Below are positions 1 to 12,435 of a stretch of 64,000 nt of DNA, piece after piece. The notes below the pieces were generated by a model. That model searched no databases. It was not told the DNA's origin and saw only the letters and a program-made list of their open reading frames with translations. The position numbers and the translations under genes are program-made. How positions within the stretch are numbered: the stretch's first letter is position 1; each line of letters begins with the position of its first letter. The DNA comes from Octopus sinensis (taxonomy: Eukaryota), in the NCBI RefSeq assembly GCF_006345805.1, contig NC_043000.1, positions 90,892,001 to 90,956,000 on the forward strand. Reading direction: 5' to 3'.

Positions 1-185
1 CTGTAAAATGTCTCAGAACAAACTTTTCCAATAAGCGCAAACATGGTGCGTCCCAAAATAAGGAGAGGGGAAAAGGAAACCATCATCTCACACCAAAACT
101 TAAATATAATTGGTTCATTTGTCACAATACCCAAACTGCTGTCTAGAGGTGGGATGACACTAGAATTGAGACACGCACAAAAATT

Positions 186-345
<160 letters not shown>

Positions 346-880
346 AGATAGACATACAATATGGATACACAACACTAATGCAAGTTAAATTTTGCTCCGC
401 AAATAATGAATGGTTGTTCACCGGTGGTACATGTTGACTGAATCCGTAAACAAAAGGTAAATCAGTTATTGAATAAACCAGTGCAAGTATATTTATACAT
501 AGTTATTTCATATGCTAAGATAATATATATGTACAATTAACATATAAATACTGAAAAATACCACACAAGTTACAGACAGTACTAACACGTATGTGGTAGA
601 AAAATGGCACTATATTATAGTATTCTCTGAAGTAATAAGGAATTGTCCACGGAATAAGGAACTTATACGGAAAATCTCCCCAACTGAAGAACTCCAGTCC
701 AAATGTATCAAGGTTCCTTTTATGTATACACGTCAATTTTAACAACTCCGAAGGAATGGTAAGTAATCATTCCAGTGAGATTTGACCATAAACTATTAGT
801 GGACGAGAAAACAAATTATTTAATCTGGTGTTTTACAGCTTGCTACCATCTCATACATTTGTATACTCCGGTACTATTGA

Positions 881-1083
881 TTTCAAATTTTGGCACAAGG
901 CCAGAAATTACTGGGAAGGGGTTAAATTGATACATCGCCCTCAGCGCTCAACTGGCACTTATTTTATCAACTCCACAAGGAAAGGCAAAATGTATCTCGG
1001 CGGAATTTGAACTCAGAACGTAATGACAGACGAAATACCTCTAAGCATTTTACCCGGCGTGCTAACGATTCTGCCCCCTCACC
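881..1083 (-). mobile_element. tRNA-derived SINE, family S1 (degenerate)
   Basis: Reverse complement has the head ...GGCAGAATCGTTAGCACGCCGGG, B-box-like GAGTTCAAATTCCGCC and the family body; matches about 25 other copies in the window. Confidence 0.8.
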
Positions 1084-1103
1084 TATAATTTTGTACTATT
1101 AGT

Positions 1104-1310
1104 TTAAAATTTCGGCACAAGACCAGCAATATCAGGGGAGGGGATAAATCGATTACATCGACCCCTAGTGTTCAAATATTACTTTTTTATTCACCTAAAA
1201 ATGATGAAAGGAAAAAAAAAAAAATTCGATGCCGGCGAAATGTGAACTCGGATCGTAAATACTGTTAAGTACTTCCGCCAGCGTACTAATGATCCTACTA
1301 GCTAGCCACC
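1104..1310 (-). mobile_element. SINE S1 (degenerate), in tandem with the previous copy
   Basis: TTCGGCACAAGACCAG...TCGATTACATCGACCCC...ATGAAAGG body, degenerate head. Confidence 0.7.
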
Positions 1311-2175
1311 TTTGCATACTTCCGTAATATTAATTCGTATTAGATATTCAGTAATAAGCTGGTGATAATATGAATATTAATTCTCCTCATGATAAATCAA
1401 TAGTGATATTAATATTTTGTCCTATATGATAAATTGATGATAATAGCAATTTTACGTCTTCTGTCAATATTATACTATTAGTATCTAAGTTCTATATATG
1501 ATAAATATTAATATATAGTGTATATTAATATCCAGTCTGCCATGATAAATTAGTCATGATAATACACTATGATATATTAAATATTATACTAATGTTACAG
1601 TCATCCTAAATTAATGAAAACTGGTGGAGGTAATCTCTTAGGCTGGCTACAGTGGCTTAGGGCTGTTAAGATATTAGTTTCGAAACATATAACGGTTATT
1701 TCTACTACCACCACCACCACCACCACCACCACCACCACCACCACCACCACTACCGTTGACACTGTCACTACTACCAATAGAGTCACATCAAGTACTATAA
1801 CTTCTATCTGTGACAAGTACCTTTCTCAACATAGAATTATCACAACTCTTGTGCAACCACCACTACCACGATCACTATTTTCCGTTCATTTGCCTCAATA
1901 CCACTTGGAACACAGCGGAAACACTAAAATCTGGTTCGCAATACGTTAAAAAATTACATTTAATATTTTAATATCAATTTTAAGCCATATCCATGACTAA
2001 GATGTACGGATAGTAATCATATTTCCCAATTGCCTAGTCCACTTAGCAGTTAACATACATACATACAAAAATACCCTGTTGCTGATGTTGAAATTCTAGT
2101 GAAGAAGCCTTGGATCTAGGTTAAAAACCGGTTCTTTCTCTTTTGGCAACAAATCATGAAATAAACTGAATAATG

Positions 2176-2216
<41 letters not shown>

Positions 2217-2487
2217 TACATACATACATACCTACATACATACCTACATAAATACATACATAAATACTTATATATATATATATATATATATCTTTTATTT
2301 TTCATCTATGAGTTAAAAGACTACGGCCATACTGGATCATGATATTGAAGACTTGTATTGGAAGGATTCACCACCAGTAGTAATTGCTTTTTAAAACCTG
2401 CTGCGTATACCATCGATACTATCGGTCCCTTTTCAGACGATAGAATAAGTACTAATACAGGCACACACATATACGCAAACACACACA

Positions 2488-2533
<46 letters not shown>

Positions 2534-2544
2534 TATATATATCG

Positions 2545-2720
2545 CTAGCCACTACATATTCTTTATTCTCCCTCCTTGTTTCTTTCTATGTTCCTTTCCT
2601 TTCTGTGGAAGAGCGTAGGCTCGAAACGTTAAAGACTTTTTCACTTCCCGACCGTTATACTAATACATCTGTTTATTGTCTACACCACCTGTCTTCGTCT
2701 ATTGTTTTTTGTGAATTCTC
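2545..2720 (+). mobile_element. Short Penelope-like/non-autonomous repeat carrying a minimal hammerhead-like motif
   Basis: CTTT-CTGTGGA-A-GAGC GTAG GCTC-GAAA-CGT-T-AAAG at 2599-2634; related inverted copy at 59620-59770; flanked by microsatellites. Confidence 0.5.
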
Positions 2721-2761
2721 CATATATATATATATATATATATTATATACATACATACATA

Positions 2762-2880
2762 CAACGGGCTTCTTTCACTTTCCTTGTACATCTATCAAAG
2801 CCACTCGGTTTGGTCTGCATGAGATTGTAGTAAAAGACACTTGCGCAAGGGGCCGCACAGTGAGACTGAAACTGGAATCA
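2762..2880 (-). mobile_element. SINE family S2, 5' half
   Basis: ACAACGGGCTTCTTTCA...GACACTTGCGCAAGG...GAGACTGAAACTGGAA matches other S2 copies. Confidence 0.75.
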
Positions 2881-2939
2881 TTTACATATACATATATATT
2901 CCTACATGCATACATATCCATATCCACATACACACACAC

Positions 2940-3068
2940 GTAGCTGTGTCGTAATAGACTTACTTCTGAACCACATGGTTCCGGGTTCAAGTCCCACTGC
3001 GTGGCACCTTATGCAATTGTTTTCTAAAATAGCCTTGTGAGTCAAATTGGTAGACGGAAGCTGAAAGA
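2940..3068 (+). mobile_element. SINE family S2, 5' half
   Basis: AACCACATGGTTCCGGGTTCAAGTCCCACTGCGTGGCACC tRNA-like head, then GCCTTGTGAGT...GGTAGACGGAAGCTGAAAGA. Confidence 0.8.
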
Positions 3069-3228
3069 TAAAAGAGAAAATATATTAAATCATATGTATA
3101 AACAATAAATAAATGCATGAAATTGTAATGATTTTCGGACAATAACTGACGAGGAAAGAGCATGTCCACATCCCATGTGTGAATTTTCCGTTTGTTTCTT
3201 TGTCGTCTTTCTGTGCCATATAAGTATA

Positions 3229-3597
3229 CGAGCAAAACGTCCCCCGTCCAATGGACGGTGCTGAGTTGTCAAGCATTTAAAACAAATTTTCTCAAAACAA
3301 CTTGACCGACCGTCCCATAGGCCTTCCCCTTGAGAAACACTGATTTAACCTAAATTTGAGACACCAGCAAAAGAAGAAACAGAGATAGGCTTTTTTTCTA
3401 TTCCAAGAAAAACGATTTTACAAATGCACGTTCCCACGGCTTTATCGATCGCATTCTCATCTGGAATCGATTTTTGCAATTTTTTCAAGACTTATACATG
3501 CCCTGATACCGTCGGTATCTACATATCAAATTTGAGCGCAGTCGGATGGAGGATGCCCGAAATCCTAGAAGACACACACACACAAACAGAAACGGTT
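3229..3597 (-). mobile_element. Helitron-like non-autonomous element, family H1 (copy 1)
   Basis: High similarity to 27273-27648 and 62588-62970; subterminal hairpin C(A/C)CCGTCC-ATT-GGACGGTG near the 3' end; internal palindrome GATACCG-N-CGGTATC. Confidence 0.6.
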
Positions 3598-4319
3598 TAC
3601 AAAGCTACCTGAGGGCTTTCCGGTCTTCCTCGTGATATCGGGGACACGGAGAGCTGCTATCGTTGTCGTTACCATAAACAATAACACTATCAACAATAAG
3701 AACAACAAACACCACAGCTGTAGCATCCTCATCTTCTTTAAAACAATCAATAAAATTACCATGCGTTCCCTGCTCCCCTTCATCATCATCATCATCGTCC
3801 ACGTCATCATAACAACAACAACAATAACAAAAAACAAACAAACAAAAAAATCAAATACAACGATTAAAATAAAAGAAACAATTTCAGGTAATCATATGAG
3901 CATCTAGTGAAGGTAACTTGATTTTCAAGTATGTATAAACCCCATTCATCTTGACGCACGGTGATGTATCATGGCGATATTAGCGGTCTAGGTGTTCTTG
4001 CTGTTGTTGTTAATGTTGGTATTGATATTGATGATGATGTTGAGTCTAACGACGGTGGTGATGGTCGAATGTGGTGGCTGTGAAATTTGCGGTCATGGAC
4101 GAAGAAAGGAAATTGTTTTCTTATTTATTCTATTTATTTTACGAGTGTCTAAATACATTTTATTGCCATAAAGATGTTGTCAATGTTAATTCCTGTGCAT
4201 ATTTCCAATAACATTATATCATGTAATGAAAATTTATGATGAAAACCTTTCATATTTTCAAAGCATTCAGTTTATTGTCCATCTTGTTTGCTGTTCATCA
4301 TACACGCTAATATACATAC

Positions 4320-4406
4320 ATACGCGAGTATAAATACATACATGTACATATACATACACACACACACATATGTATATACATACATGCGTATATATACATA
4401 CATGCG

Positions 4407-4495
<89 letters not shown>

Positions 4496-4659
4496 ATACA
4501 CATACAAGCATATATATATATACATACATATACACAAATGTATATAAAATGAGTATATATATACATATGCATACAGACATACGACATACATAGATGCATA
4601 TATACAGATATATTCATACACGTAAAACCTCACACATGTAAATATATATGTGTGTGTAC

Positions 4660-4711
<52 letters not shown>

Positions 4712-4750
4712 CTACATACATGTGTATGTGTGCGTGCGTACATATATACA
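4320..4750. repeat. Compound (TA)n/(TG)n/(CATA)n microsatellite
   Basis: Direct. Confidence 0.95.
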
Positions 4751-5037
4751 TATATGCTTCAATAAAATGCCGCTATTTTATTACGACTTCATATTTAATG
4801 CTTCTTTTTTTATTTTAACATCATGCCTTGTGTCTATGGTTACACGCATGCGCATAAGTTTGCACGAAGTGAAAGTTCATATATTCTGTATTTACTTTAT
4901 TTATTCATGCTGTTTGTAAACAAGAAAAAAACAACAAAAATCAAACAAACAAAAACAAAAGCAAAATAAATCTAGAAACATCATTCAGATAGAGGTAAAA
5001 CCAAGAACACAATTTTAAAGACGAACAAGATGCAAGA

Positions 5038-5039
<2 letters not shown>

Positions 5040-5091
<52 letters not shown>

Positions 5092-5258
5092 CACCACCAC
5101 CACCACCACACCACCACCACCACCACCACCACCACCACAACATATACTGCTGCTGCTGCTACAACTACTACTACTACCACCACCACTACAACATCTACTG
5201 CTGCTGCTACTACTACTACTACTACTACTACTATACTACTACTACTACTATTACTATT
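5040..5258. repeat. (ACT)n/(ACC)n/(GCT)n trinucleotide array
   Basis: Direct. Confidence 0.95.
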
Positions 5259-5389
5259 AGAACTACTGATGAAGATGATGACAATGACAACGACGACGAT
5301 GACGATGACAACTACAACAACAATAATAATGATTTCATTTATTTGCCACCAGGGTGAAGGATGAAGGGGAAAAATACAAAGCGAAACTC

Positions 5390-5405
5390 AATAATAATAA
5401 TAATG

Positions 5406-5480
<75 letters not shown>

Positions 5481-5516
5481 TTTTATTTTTATTTTTATTA
5501 TTATTATAATTATTAT
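5390..5516. repeat. (AAT)n followed by (ATT)n
   Basis: Direct; the two halves are mutually inverted. Confidence 0.9.
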
Positions 5517-6152
5517 GAAAGAAAAGGCATTGGAAGGGTGATACACACTCTGCGCGCAGATGAATTTTTTCGCAAATTATAGTGTGGGTTACAATGTGTT
5601 GCTTACCCATGTTTTTTAATTGAACTAAATTTTTTAAAGTTATACCTTTATAGGTATTTATACATCGGTGAAATTAAGAAATTAGTTCATAAATAAACGA
5701 AACCCTCGAATCCATCAGTGTACACATGCACACAGGCGCACACGCATACGCGCACACACACAAACACACACTCATACACGCACACACACAAACACAGGGA
5801 CACAGTCGTATTTCTATGTATGTATTTATGTATATATGCATATATGTATGTACGCACATATGTCTACGCGCATAGGTATACCATGATCTATACTCACGAA
5901 GACGAGGGGCGATTCATTTGAAAAAGAAAGTGAACAAAATATTATAATCACTTGCTTATCGGGAAATTTATAAATTCGAATTCTTTTTTCTTTTTCCCTA
6001 TTACCATTATAGGTATTATACTCCGGTGAATTCAAGAAATATACGAAACCCTCGAATCCGTCACATATTTACGAAAATCTAACACAAGAATAGCTTCAAG
6101 GAACAGGTCTGAAAGGAGAAACAGAAGGTTTTGTTATTGTAGCGCAAGATTA

Positions 6153-6357
6153 GGGCGGCGAGCTGGCAGAAATGTTAATACGCCGGGCGAATGCTTAGCG
6201 GTATTTCGTCTGCCGTTACGTTCTGAGTTCAAATTCTGCCGAGGTCGACTTTGCCTTTCATCCTTTCGGGGTCGATAAATTAAGTACCAGTTACGCACTG
6301 GGGTCGATGTAATCGACTTAATCCTTTGTCAGTCCTTGTTGGTCCCCTCTATGTTTA
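6153..6357 (+). mobile_element. SINE S1, near full length
   Basis: GGCGGCGAGCTGGCAGAAATGTTAATACGCCGGGC...GAGTTCAAATTCTGCCGAGGTCGACTTTGCCTTTCATCCTTTCGGGGTCGATAAATTAAGTACCAG. Confidence 0.9.
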
Positions 6358-6406
6358 AATAAAGTTATAATGAAAGGAAACCATGAATGATAATGATAAT
6401 AATAAT

Positions 6407-6601
6407 GCCGCAGCGAACAGTGAGTAAAAATCTCGAGAAGTACATGGAACAAATAGGGGCTGCAATAAGGGTGGAGCACTTGCAGAAAACAGCACTGCTT
6501 GGAACAGCTCTAATACTCTGGAAGGTGTTACCTTAGTTCACTGGTAGTGAACAGTTGACACTGCAATACATCTCCAGCGTTAGCTGTGCAAAGGTAGCAA
6601 C
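6407..6601 (+). mobile_element. R4/Dong-like non-LTR retrotransposon, 3' end fragment
   Basis: Translates TVSKNLEKYMEQIGAAIRVEHLQKTALLGTALILWKVL, like the LQKxALLGTAxILR C-terminus of RLE-type elements; 3' hairpin GTTCACT-GGT-AGTGAAC; (AAT)n on both sides. Confidence 0.7.
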
Positions 6602-6612
6602 AATAATAATAA

Positions 6613-6828
6613 TCCTTTCTACTGAAGGCACAAGGCCTTGAAAGTTTGAGGGAGGGAGACTAGTGAATTACATCAACCCCAGTGTTTCACTGGTACCTAA
6701 AATATTGACCGCGAAGGAATGAAAGGCATAGTCGACCTCGGCGGAATTCGAACTCAGAACAAAGTGGTAGACGAAATGCCGCTAAGCATTTCGTCCGGTG
6801 TGCTAATGATTCTGCCAGCTCGCCGCCT
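6613..6828 (-). mobile_element. SINE S1, full length
   Basis: Reverse complement starts GGCGGCGAGCTGGCAGAATCATTAGCACACCGG; B-box GAGTTCGAATTCCGCC. Confidence 0.9.
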
Positions 6829-6829
6829 T

Positions 6830-6847
6830 AATAAAATAATAATAATA

Positions 6848-6889
<42 letters not shown>

Positions 6890-6950
6890 TAATAATAATA
6901 ATGATAATAATAATAATAATATAATAATAATATTAATAATAATAATAAAC
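6830..6950. repeat. (AAT)n microsatellite
   Basis: Direct. Confidence 0.95.
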
Positions 6951-7366
6951 CGGTAAAAAGTAATAAAAACAACAATATTTGTAAAACGGGAACACAAACA
7001 TACGCATAGCCATGTTCCCAGAATAGCATATACACCAGAATTTCACAAAAATATATACATAAAGAAAAAAAAAGACAAACAAAAAACAAAACGAAGCATA
7101 AGAGAAGCTAAGCATAATACTAAAATATATACAATAAAAATACTAAATTAAATATAAATTAAAATAAAATATGCGTAGGAGCCATTACATAAATTTCAAA
7201 GTCACTGGCTAGGAATGGCAATAAACTTCCATTAACTGGTGATCTATGAAATAGGGATATTTTATTAATCGTATTAATATTCTGTTTTCTCTTCTGCAGA
7301 AATTTTGGAGTACTGTACTCACCCTATTTTTCTACATCCTCAATTCAAATTTATTGTCCGGTGCCA

Positions 7367-7415
7367 ATGTGGGAAATAATACTTTTTTTTCTTGTGATTG
7401 TGTTGACCTTAAATG
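7367..7415 (+). CDS. Candidate signal-peptide coding exon (MWEIILFFLVIVLTLN-G), exon 7300-7415
   Basis: Strong acceptor TTCTGTTTTCTCTTCTGCAG at 7299, ATG at 7367, hydrophobic 16-mer, phase-1 donor G|GTGAGG at 7416; no downstream exon could be linked. Confidence 0.22.
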
Positions 7416-7539
7416 GTGAGGCAAATAGAAAAACCATCATCGTCGTCGGCGTCATCGAAATTCTCATAATCATCTCTATCATCATCACTGCCATCGTCAT
7501 CACCAGTTTTATTATTATTAAAGAAATCGTCGTTCTCTC

Positions 7540-7806
7540 TCTCCGCTCCTTCCTCCTCCGCCTCCTCCTCCGCCTCCGCCTCCTCCACCGCTTCCTCCTT
7601 CACCTCCTCTGCCACTTCCTTCTCCATCTCCTCTTCCACACCCTTCTGTCTCCTCCTCCGCCTCCTCCGCCTTCTCCGCCTTCTCCGCCTCCTCCGCCAC
7701 CTCCTCAGCCTCCTCCTCCTCTTCTTCCACTCCTCCTCCTCCTCCATTCTTCCTCCACCACTCCTCCTCATCCACGCCTCCTTTCTCCTCCTCCACTCCT
7801 CCTCCT
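7540..7806. repeat. (CCT)n/(CTT)n polypyrimidine array
   Basis: Direct; source of the Pro/Glu-rich artefact ORFs. Confidence 0.95.
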
Positions 7807-7816
7807 AGAGTGTTAA

Positions 7817-7975
7817 TGCCCATTCTGTTTTATGCACTGTGCTCTGTTTTCATTATTAATCTAACTCGGCTATAGTATTCCTTTCTTATCTTATCTTTCA
7901 TTTGTGTGTGTTGTATCCGTTTAATTTCTACTTGAGGATCAGTCTCAGTCTGCGCAAGCACTCTACCTTTCAGTG
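7817..7975 (-). mobile_element. R4/Dong-like RT fragment
   Basis: IQHTQMKDKIRKEYYSRVRLIMKTEHSA*NRMGINTL resembles the MKEKIxKEYxRRVRxILKTELN...AIN region after RT domain 7. Confidence 0.65.
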
Positions 7976-7986
7976 CTGATATCAGA

Positions 7987-8130
7987 ATGGAGTTCAGACT
8001 GAAGAGAGACAAAATCAAATGCATGGACGTGCTATCGATACCGTCGGAGGAGGTTATGAAGTAGTAGAAGAGACGGGTTATAAGTACTTGGGGATTTTGG
8101 AAATGTACAAATTGATGGAGAAATAAGTGA
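7987..8130 (+). mobile_element. R4/Dong-like RT fragment
   Basis: MEFRLK...DKIKCMDVLSIPSEEVMK..EETGYKYLGILE (frameshifted); YKYLG motif. Confidence 0.65.
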
Positions 8131-8534
8131 CAAAAATTATAATTAATATTATTCTATGTTTGACGATATTTGTACAGTTGGCTCCAGTCTCAACCAGAGA
8201 CCTCAAGAGACAACAGGGTTGGAATCATGTTGTTGTTATGCCTAGTGTGCATATATTTGGGGGGTGGGGATGTTGTACTAATGAATAAAAAAAAAAAAAA
8301 GTTTTTTTTTTTTTTTTGTAAAACGAAATTATGGTTGTTTTAAACTTGAGGTTACTAGAGAGTATTTTTAGGGATGAGCAGTTCCCATGCACTATCTTTT
8401 GAACTTCTGCCATTTGGGTTCCTGGTATCTGATAGGTAGCTATCATTGCTATCATCCAGGGACCTATGACAACAGTATTGTTTTAGTTCAGCTTATTATT
8501 TCTATTTCAAGATCTTTATATGGTATTACGTTTA

Positions 8535-8593
<59 letters not shown>

Positions 8594-8603
8594 TATCATC
8601 ATC

Positions 8604-8634
<31 letters not shown>

Positions 8635-8650
8635 TATTATTATTATTATT
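8535..8650. repeat. (ATT)n/(CAT)n microsatellite
   Basis: Direct. Confidence 0.95.
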
Positions 8651-8780
8651 AAGGCAGCTAGCTGGCATTATTGCTGGCAGGCCGGAAAAATGCTTACCGA
8701 CATTTCGTCCGTAATTACCTTTCCACCAATGTCGATTTTGCCTTTCATTGTTTCAGAATCTATTACATAAGTATCAGTCA
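8651..8780 (+). mobile_element. SINE S1 (degenerate)
   Basis: GGCAGCTAGCTGGCA...AAATGCTTACCGACATTTCGTCC...GTCGATTTTGCCTTTCAT. Confidence 0.6.
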
Positions 8781-9134
8781 TTGGCATATCCCTGAATATT
8801 GTCACTTTGTTATTCTCAGAGAATTCTTCTGGATATAAGATTTCTTCTGGCTGATATCAGTGGTTGGCATGAATTGTTGTTTATTTAAAATCAACCTCTA
8901 CAAGAGTGTAAAAGCTTTACGGAGTATGATTCACAGTGGCAATGTAGGTAATTGTTTCTTCCCTCTATCCACATATTCTGGAATTACTGTCTTCTGTATC
9001 ATTACATGATTTTGATGGTTTGTGGTAAGCAGCAAAACGCAATGATTCAGTGTCAAAATGAAGAATATCGATGGATTTTCGTAGGAGATCTTAAGCCTAT
9101 GATGTATCACTAAGAATTCTTAGGTCGGTGGATT

Positions 9135-9520
9135 GGAAGAATAGTTAGCGTGTCACGCTAAAGGATTTACATTATTTTTCTTGGCATTTTACGCACTGAA
9201 TTGAAATACCGCCGAGGTCCACGCTTTTATCCTTTTGGAGTCGATGCAATAAAGTATCTTTGTTAAATGCTAGTTGTTGATGTGAACGGAGAAAATATAG
9301 TTGATAGAAGGCGAGATAATAGAAAGTGTTTTAGTGGAGGTGACACAAGACAGTATTGTTTTGTCTTTTAGATGCTAAGTTCAAATCTTGTCGGCATCTT
9401 TGTCCTTCATCCTCCCAATAACGATAAAATATAGCACCAGTGAAGTACTGTTTCGATCTACTTACCCACTCTCCTACAACATTTAATGGCCTTTTACCTA
9501 AATCAAAAACCTTTTGCTTT
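9135..9520 (+). mobile_element. Two degenerate tandem SINE S1 copies
   Basis: TTGAAATACCGCCGAGGTCC...ATCCTTTTGGAGTCGAT and GTTCAAATCTTGTCGGC...CCTTCATCC...GATAAAATATAGCACCAG. Confidence 0.55.
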
Positions 9521-9524
9521 GCTA

Positions 9525-10400
9525 CTGTAAATTTAGAAGCACCATTTGTTGTTGTTTCACACTCAGTAGAGAAATTGCCAAAGAAGGATATTGCGCTGCA
9601 AGGTGTCTTCTCCCATTAAAGGGCTCTTGTTAATGTGTTTCGCAAATAAAGATGTTTCTTTTTGCTAAAAGAAGACGTCGAAATCTGTCTGCAAATTTTG
9701 GTTCAACTGGTGATCAAAAATTATCAACTTCAAATATTTTACAATATCTTCTTGCAATTTATGAATACCATTCTGTTGGATTTTGTCTTTTATATGTTGG
9801 ATGGTTTGATCCCATCTTTTGACATTTATTCCAAGAAAATCTATGTAAGATGTATGATTAATGCATTTATTTGGGGTAATCGATAGATTGGCTCCTTGCA
9901 ATCTAGTCAAAACTGCATTTTCTCGATTCTTCGGTTATTCTGGGTTGCTGCAGATATGAATATGTTGTCTTGCTAGATAATTATGCCATTAATTTCTTTC
10001 AGAGCAGGCTCCATACAATGTTGGAAAATGAAGCAGCTATTCTGGAGACCAGCCTCAAGTCTATTGCTAAGTAATCAGTATTACTCGTGATTATACCACA
10101 CAAATTCTCAGAGCCTTCATCCAACCAATCTGCCATAAGCACACTTTAAGCTGGGGGAAAATTAGTGCACCTTTTACACCAGTGTATGTTGAATTAAGAT
10201 GGGCAGATGGATGAGAAAATGTCTGAATTTTGTATTTCAATGTATTTTGCAATGTTACACAACTTTGAATTATCGTTCTGAAACTTATTTTCAATCTACG
10301 ATTTTATGTATATTAAATCTGGAAGGTCGGAGCAATTACATTTTTAAACTGTCTCTCTTACAGATATTTTAGCACCATAGCTTTTTATTTGAACGATAAT
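9525..10400 (-). pseudogene. Decayed Ty3/Gypsy LTR-retrotransposon pol (RT and start of RNase H)
   Basis: Across frameshifts: LKCAY.WQI.LDEGSENLCGIIT, GLQNSCFIFQHCMEPALKEINGIII*QDNIFIS (YQDD site dead), TRLQGANLSITPNKC..TSYIDFLG..VK.DGIKPS, ETTTNGASKF (TDAS-like). May extend to about 11450 (gag/protease), unverified. Confidence 0.7.
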
Positions 10401-12296
10401 AACAATAATGTACCCTTTATGTGCCTGCACTGATGGCTCTAATAGTATATGAGCTATTACCCACAACAGCACAAAGTGCTTTTTTTCTTTCATATATCTC
10501 CTATATCATTCAGTTTTGAAGTCACATTTCTACGAGGAGGTTTGATGTTTAAAGATAACTGGATTAATAAAGAAGCGAGAATGATGAAGTACAATGCACT
10601 AGTATTAAACCACATAAAAAATTAGTGTCCGTTTAATATTCATACTTATCCCGATGTTGGTCATTTGTTGGACAATTAATATATAAAGTTACTTCCTCAT
10701 GGTCAGGCTACTAACATTATAGACGGACGTAACAGAATAACGTGATTCTGGTATGCAGAATTTGAAGAAGTGGTTCCATTTATCACAAGGCATTACATCA
10801 CGTATGCAGGAATGTGTGTTCAGAAATGTGATGATAGACAATTGTTGCAAACTTTAACCTGGATTCGATTAGTTACCTAGCGTTTAGTTGAAATAACTTG
10901 ACAAGAGTCTTAACCACCAGAACAAAATGAATCTGTATTAAAACTTAGTTGAACAACTGATCTAAGCGAAACCAGTCGCTTTGACTGTGTCATTACAACA
11001 AGGTTTACCAAGTCTGAGATTGACGCTTTAAATGAAGTTTTATATAACCGACAATATTTTATCTGAGTGTATATCAGTTTTTATTAAAGGAAAAAGAAAA
11101 GACAGAAGTTCTACTGCTAGGTCCTTCTCAGTTGAAAAGAATTTACATAATAAAACATGTGTCTGATCAATCTGGCCGTCATTATGAAGTTATTGCCTGG
11201 ATCTTGCTTTTTGGTTGTAACCACATATTTTAACATATGTACAGATATATTTATGCACAAATATATTTATGTAGTTAGATTTCAGCGAAGGTCTATCAAC
11301 CATGAATCCTTCATTAGCAGCACTGCAAGAAGAAATACAGCGGAGTGTATTGTGTTTTTTTTTAGAAAAATAATTGTACAGATACCTGTGGGATACGGGA
11401 AGAACTGCATTATAAAAACGATATAAACAGGCAATTTGATATGCAAAATATTTGCAAAAGTGTTTCAATTACTAAAAACAACACTAAAATATAATATGCA
11501 GACTGAACTTACGGAAATGAACAGTTACAGTAATTATATGAATAAATATTTAGTAGCTGAGTGCGTGTCTTTATTTTTAATTGCTCCTTTTGCATTTTCA
11601 TTTTTCAGTATCTCGTCAGTTGTGTCTGTAATTGAGTTTGGAAGTATGTGTATGTATGTATGTGTGTATGTATCTATATTTGTATGTATGTACACGTACG
11701 CTTACGCGCGTATATATGCAACAGACAAACCCGCGTATGTACTCTCAAAAACCGTACATCGACATACATTCATACATGAGAATATACTAGCATAAACATA
11801 CGTATGTACTTACATGCTTACATACATCCCTATGTACCGTAACATGTACATATATACATAATATACAAAGATACAAACGCATACATGATCACTTTGTTTA
11901 GTTTTTGTAGGTAGGTACGTTTTTTGTTTACATATGCGCCCCCTCCATATACATACATAACAATTTACTCATAAACAAAACATAAGTAAAAAACATATAT
12001 AACATATATTTAAGATAGAAAATGGCAAGAATAAGTAACAAACGAAAAAGTATCTAATATAAACCTACAATAAAAAAAGAGAAAAATATATGAAAACAAA
12101 AATTCACGTAATAACAAAATAATGATAAAAATACAAGAAAAAAATAACAAAATAAAACAACAATCTCTCCCTTAAGATTATTGCTCTTTTCCTTGATTGA
12201 AACAGAATTACTTTGCGCAAAGCTTCAGGCAAAATTTCCTATTACCCTTTCCTTCTCTTCTTTCTGGCTATGCCATTTATTCCAGTAGCCAGTCAG

Positions 12297-12299
<3 letters not shown>

Positions 12300-12373
<74 letters not shown>

Positions 12374-12435
12374 GTTATTATTGCTGTTGTTGTTTTTGAT
12401 ATTGTTACTTTTGTTGTTGTTATCAATATTATTAT
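12300..12435. repeat. (ATT)n/(GTT)n microsatellite
   Basis: Direct. Confidence 0.95.

Noticed and set aside
1-40. Window begins with a minus-strand acceptor-like CATTTTACAG
   Set aside because: Any exon would lie outside the window and cannot be evaluated
6153-6260. SINE heads as possible tRNA genes
   Set aside because: A/B-box-like motifs only; no cloverleaf, and they continue into SINE bodies
7361-7823. Pro-, Glu- or Arg-rich ORFs of 100-150 aa
   Set aside because: They come from the (CCT)n/(CTT)n tract; only the first 49 nt were kept as a weak exon candidate
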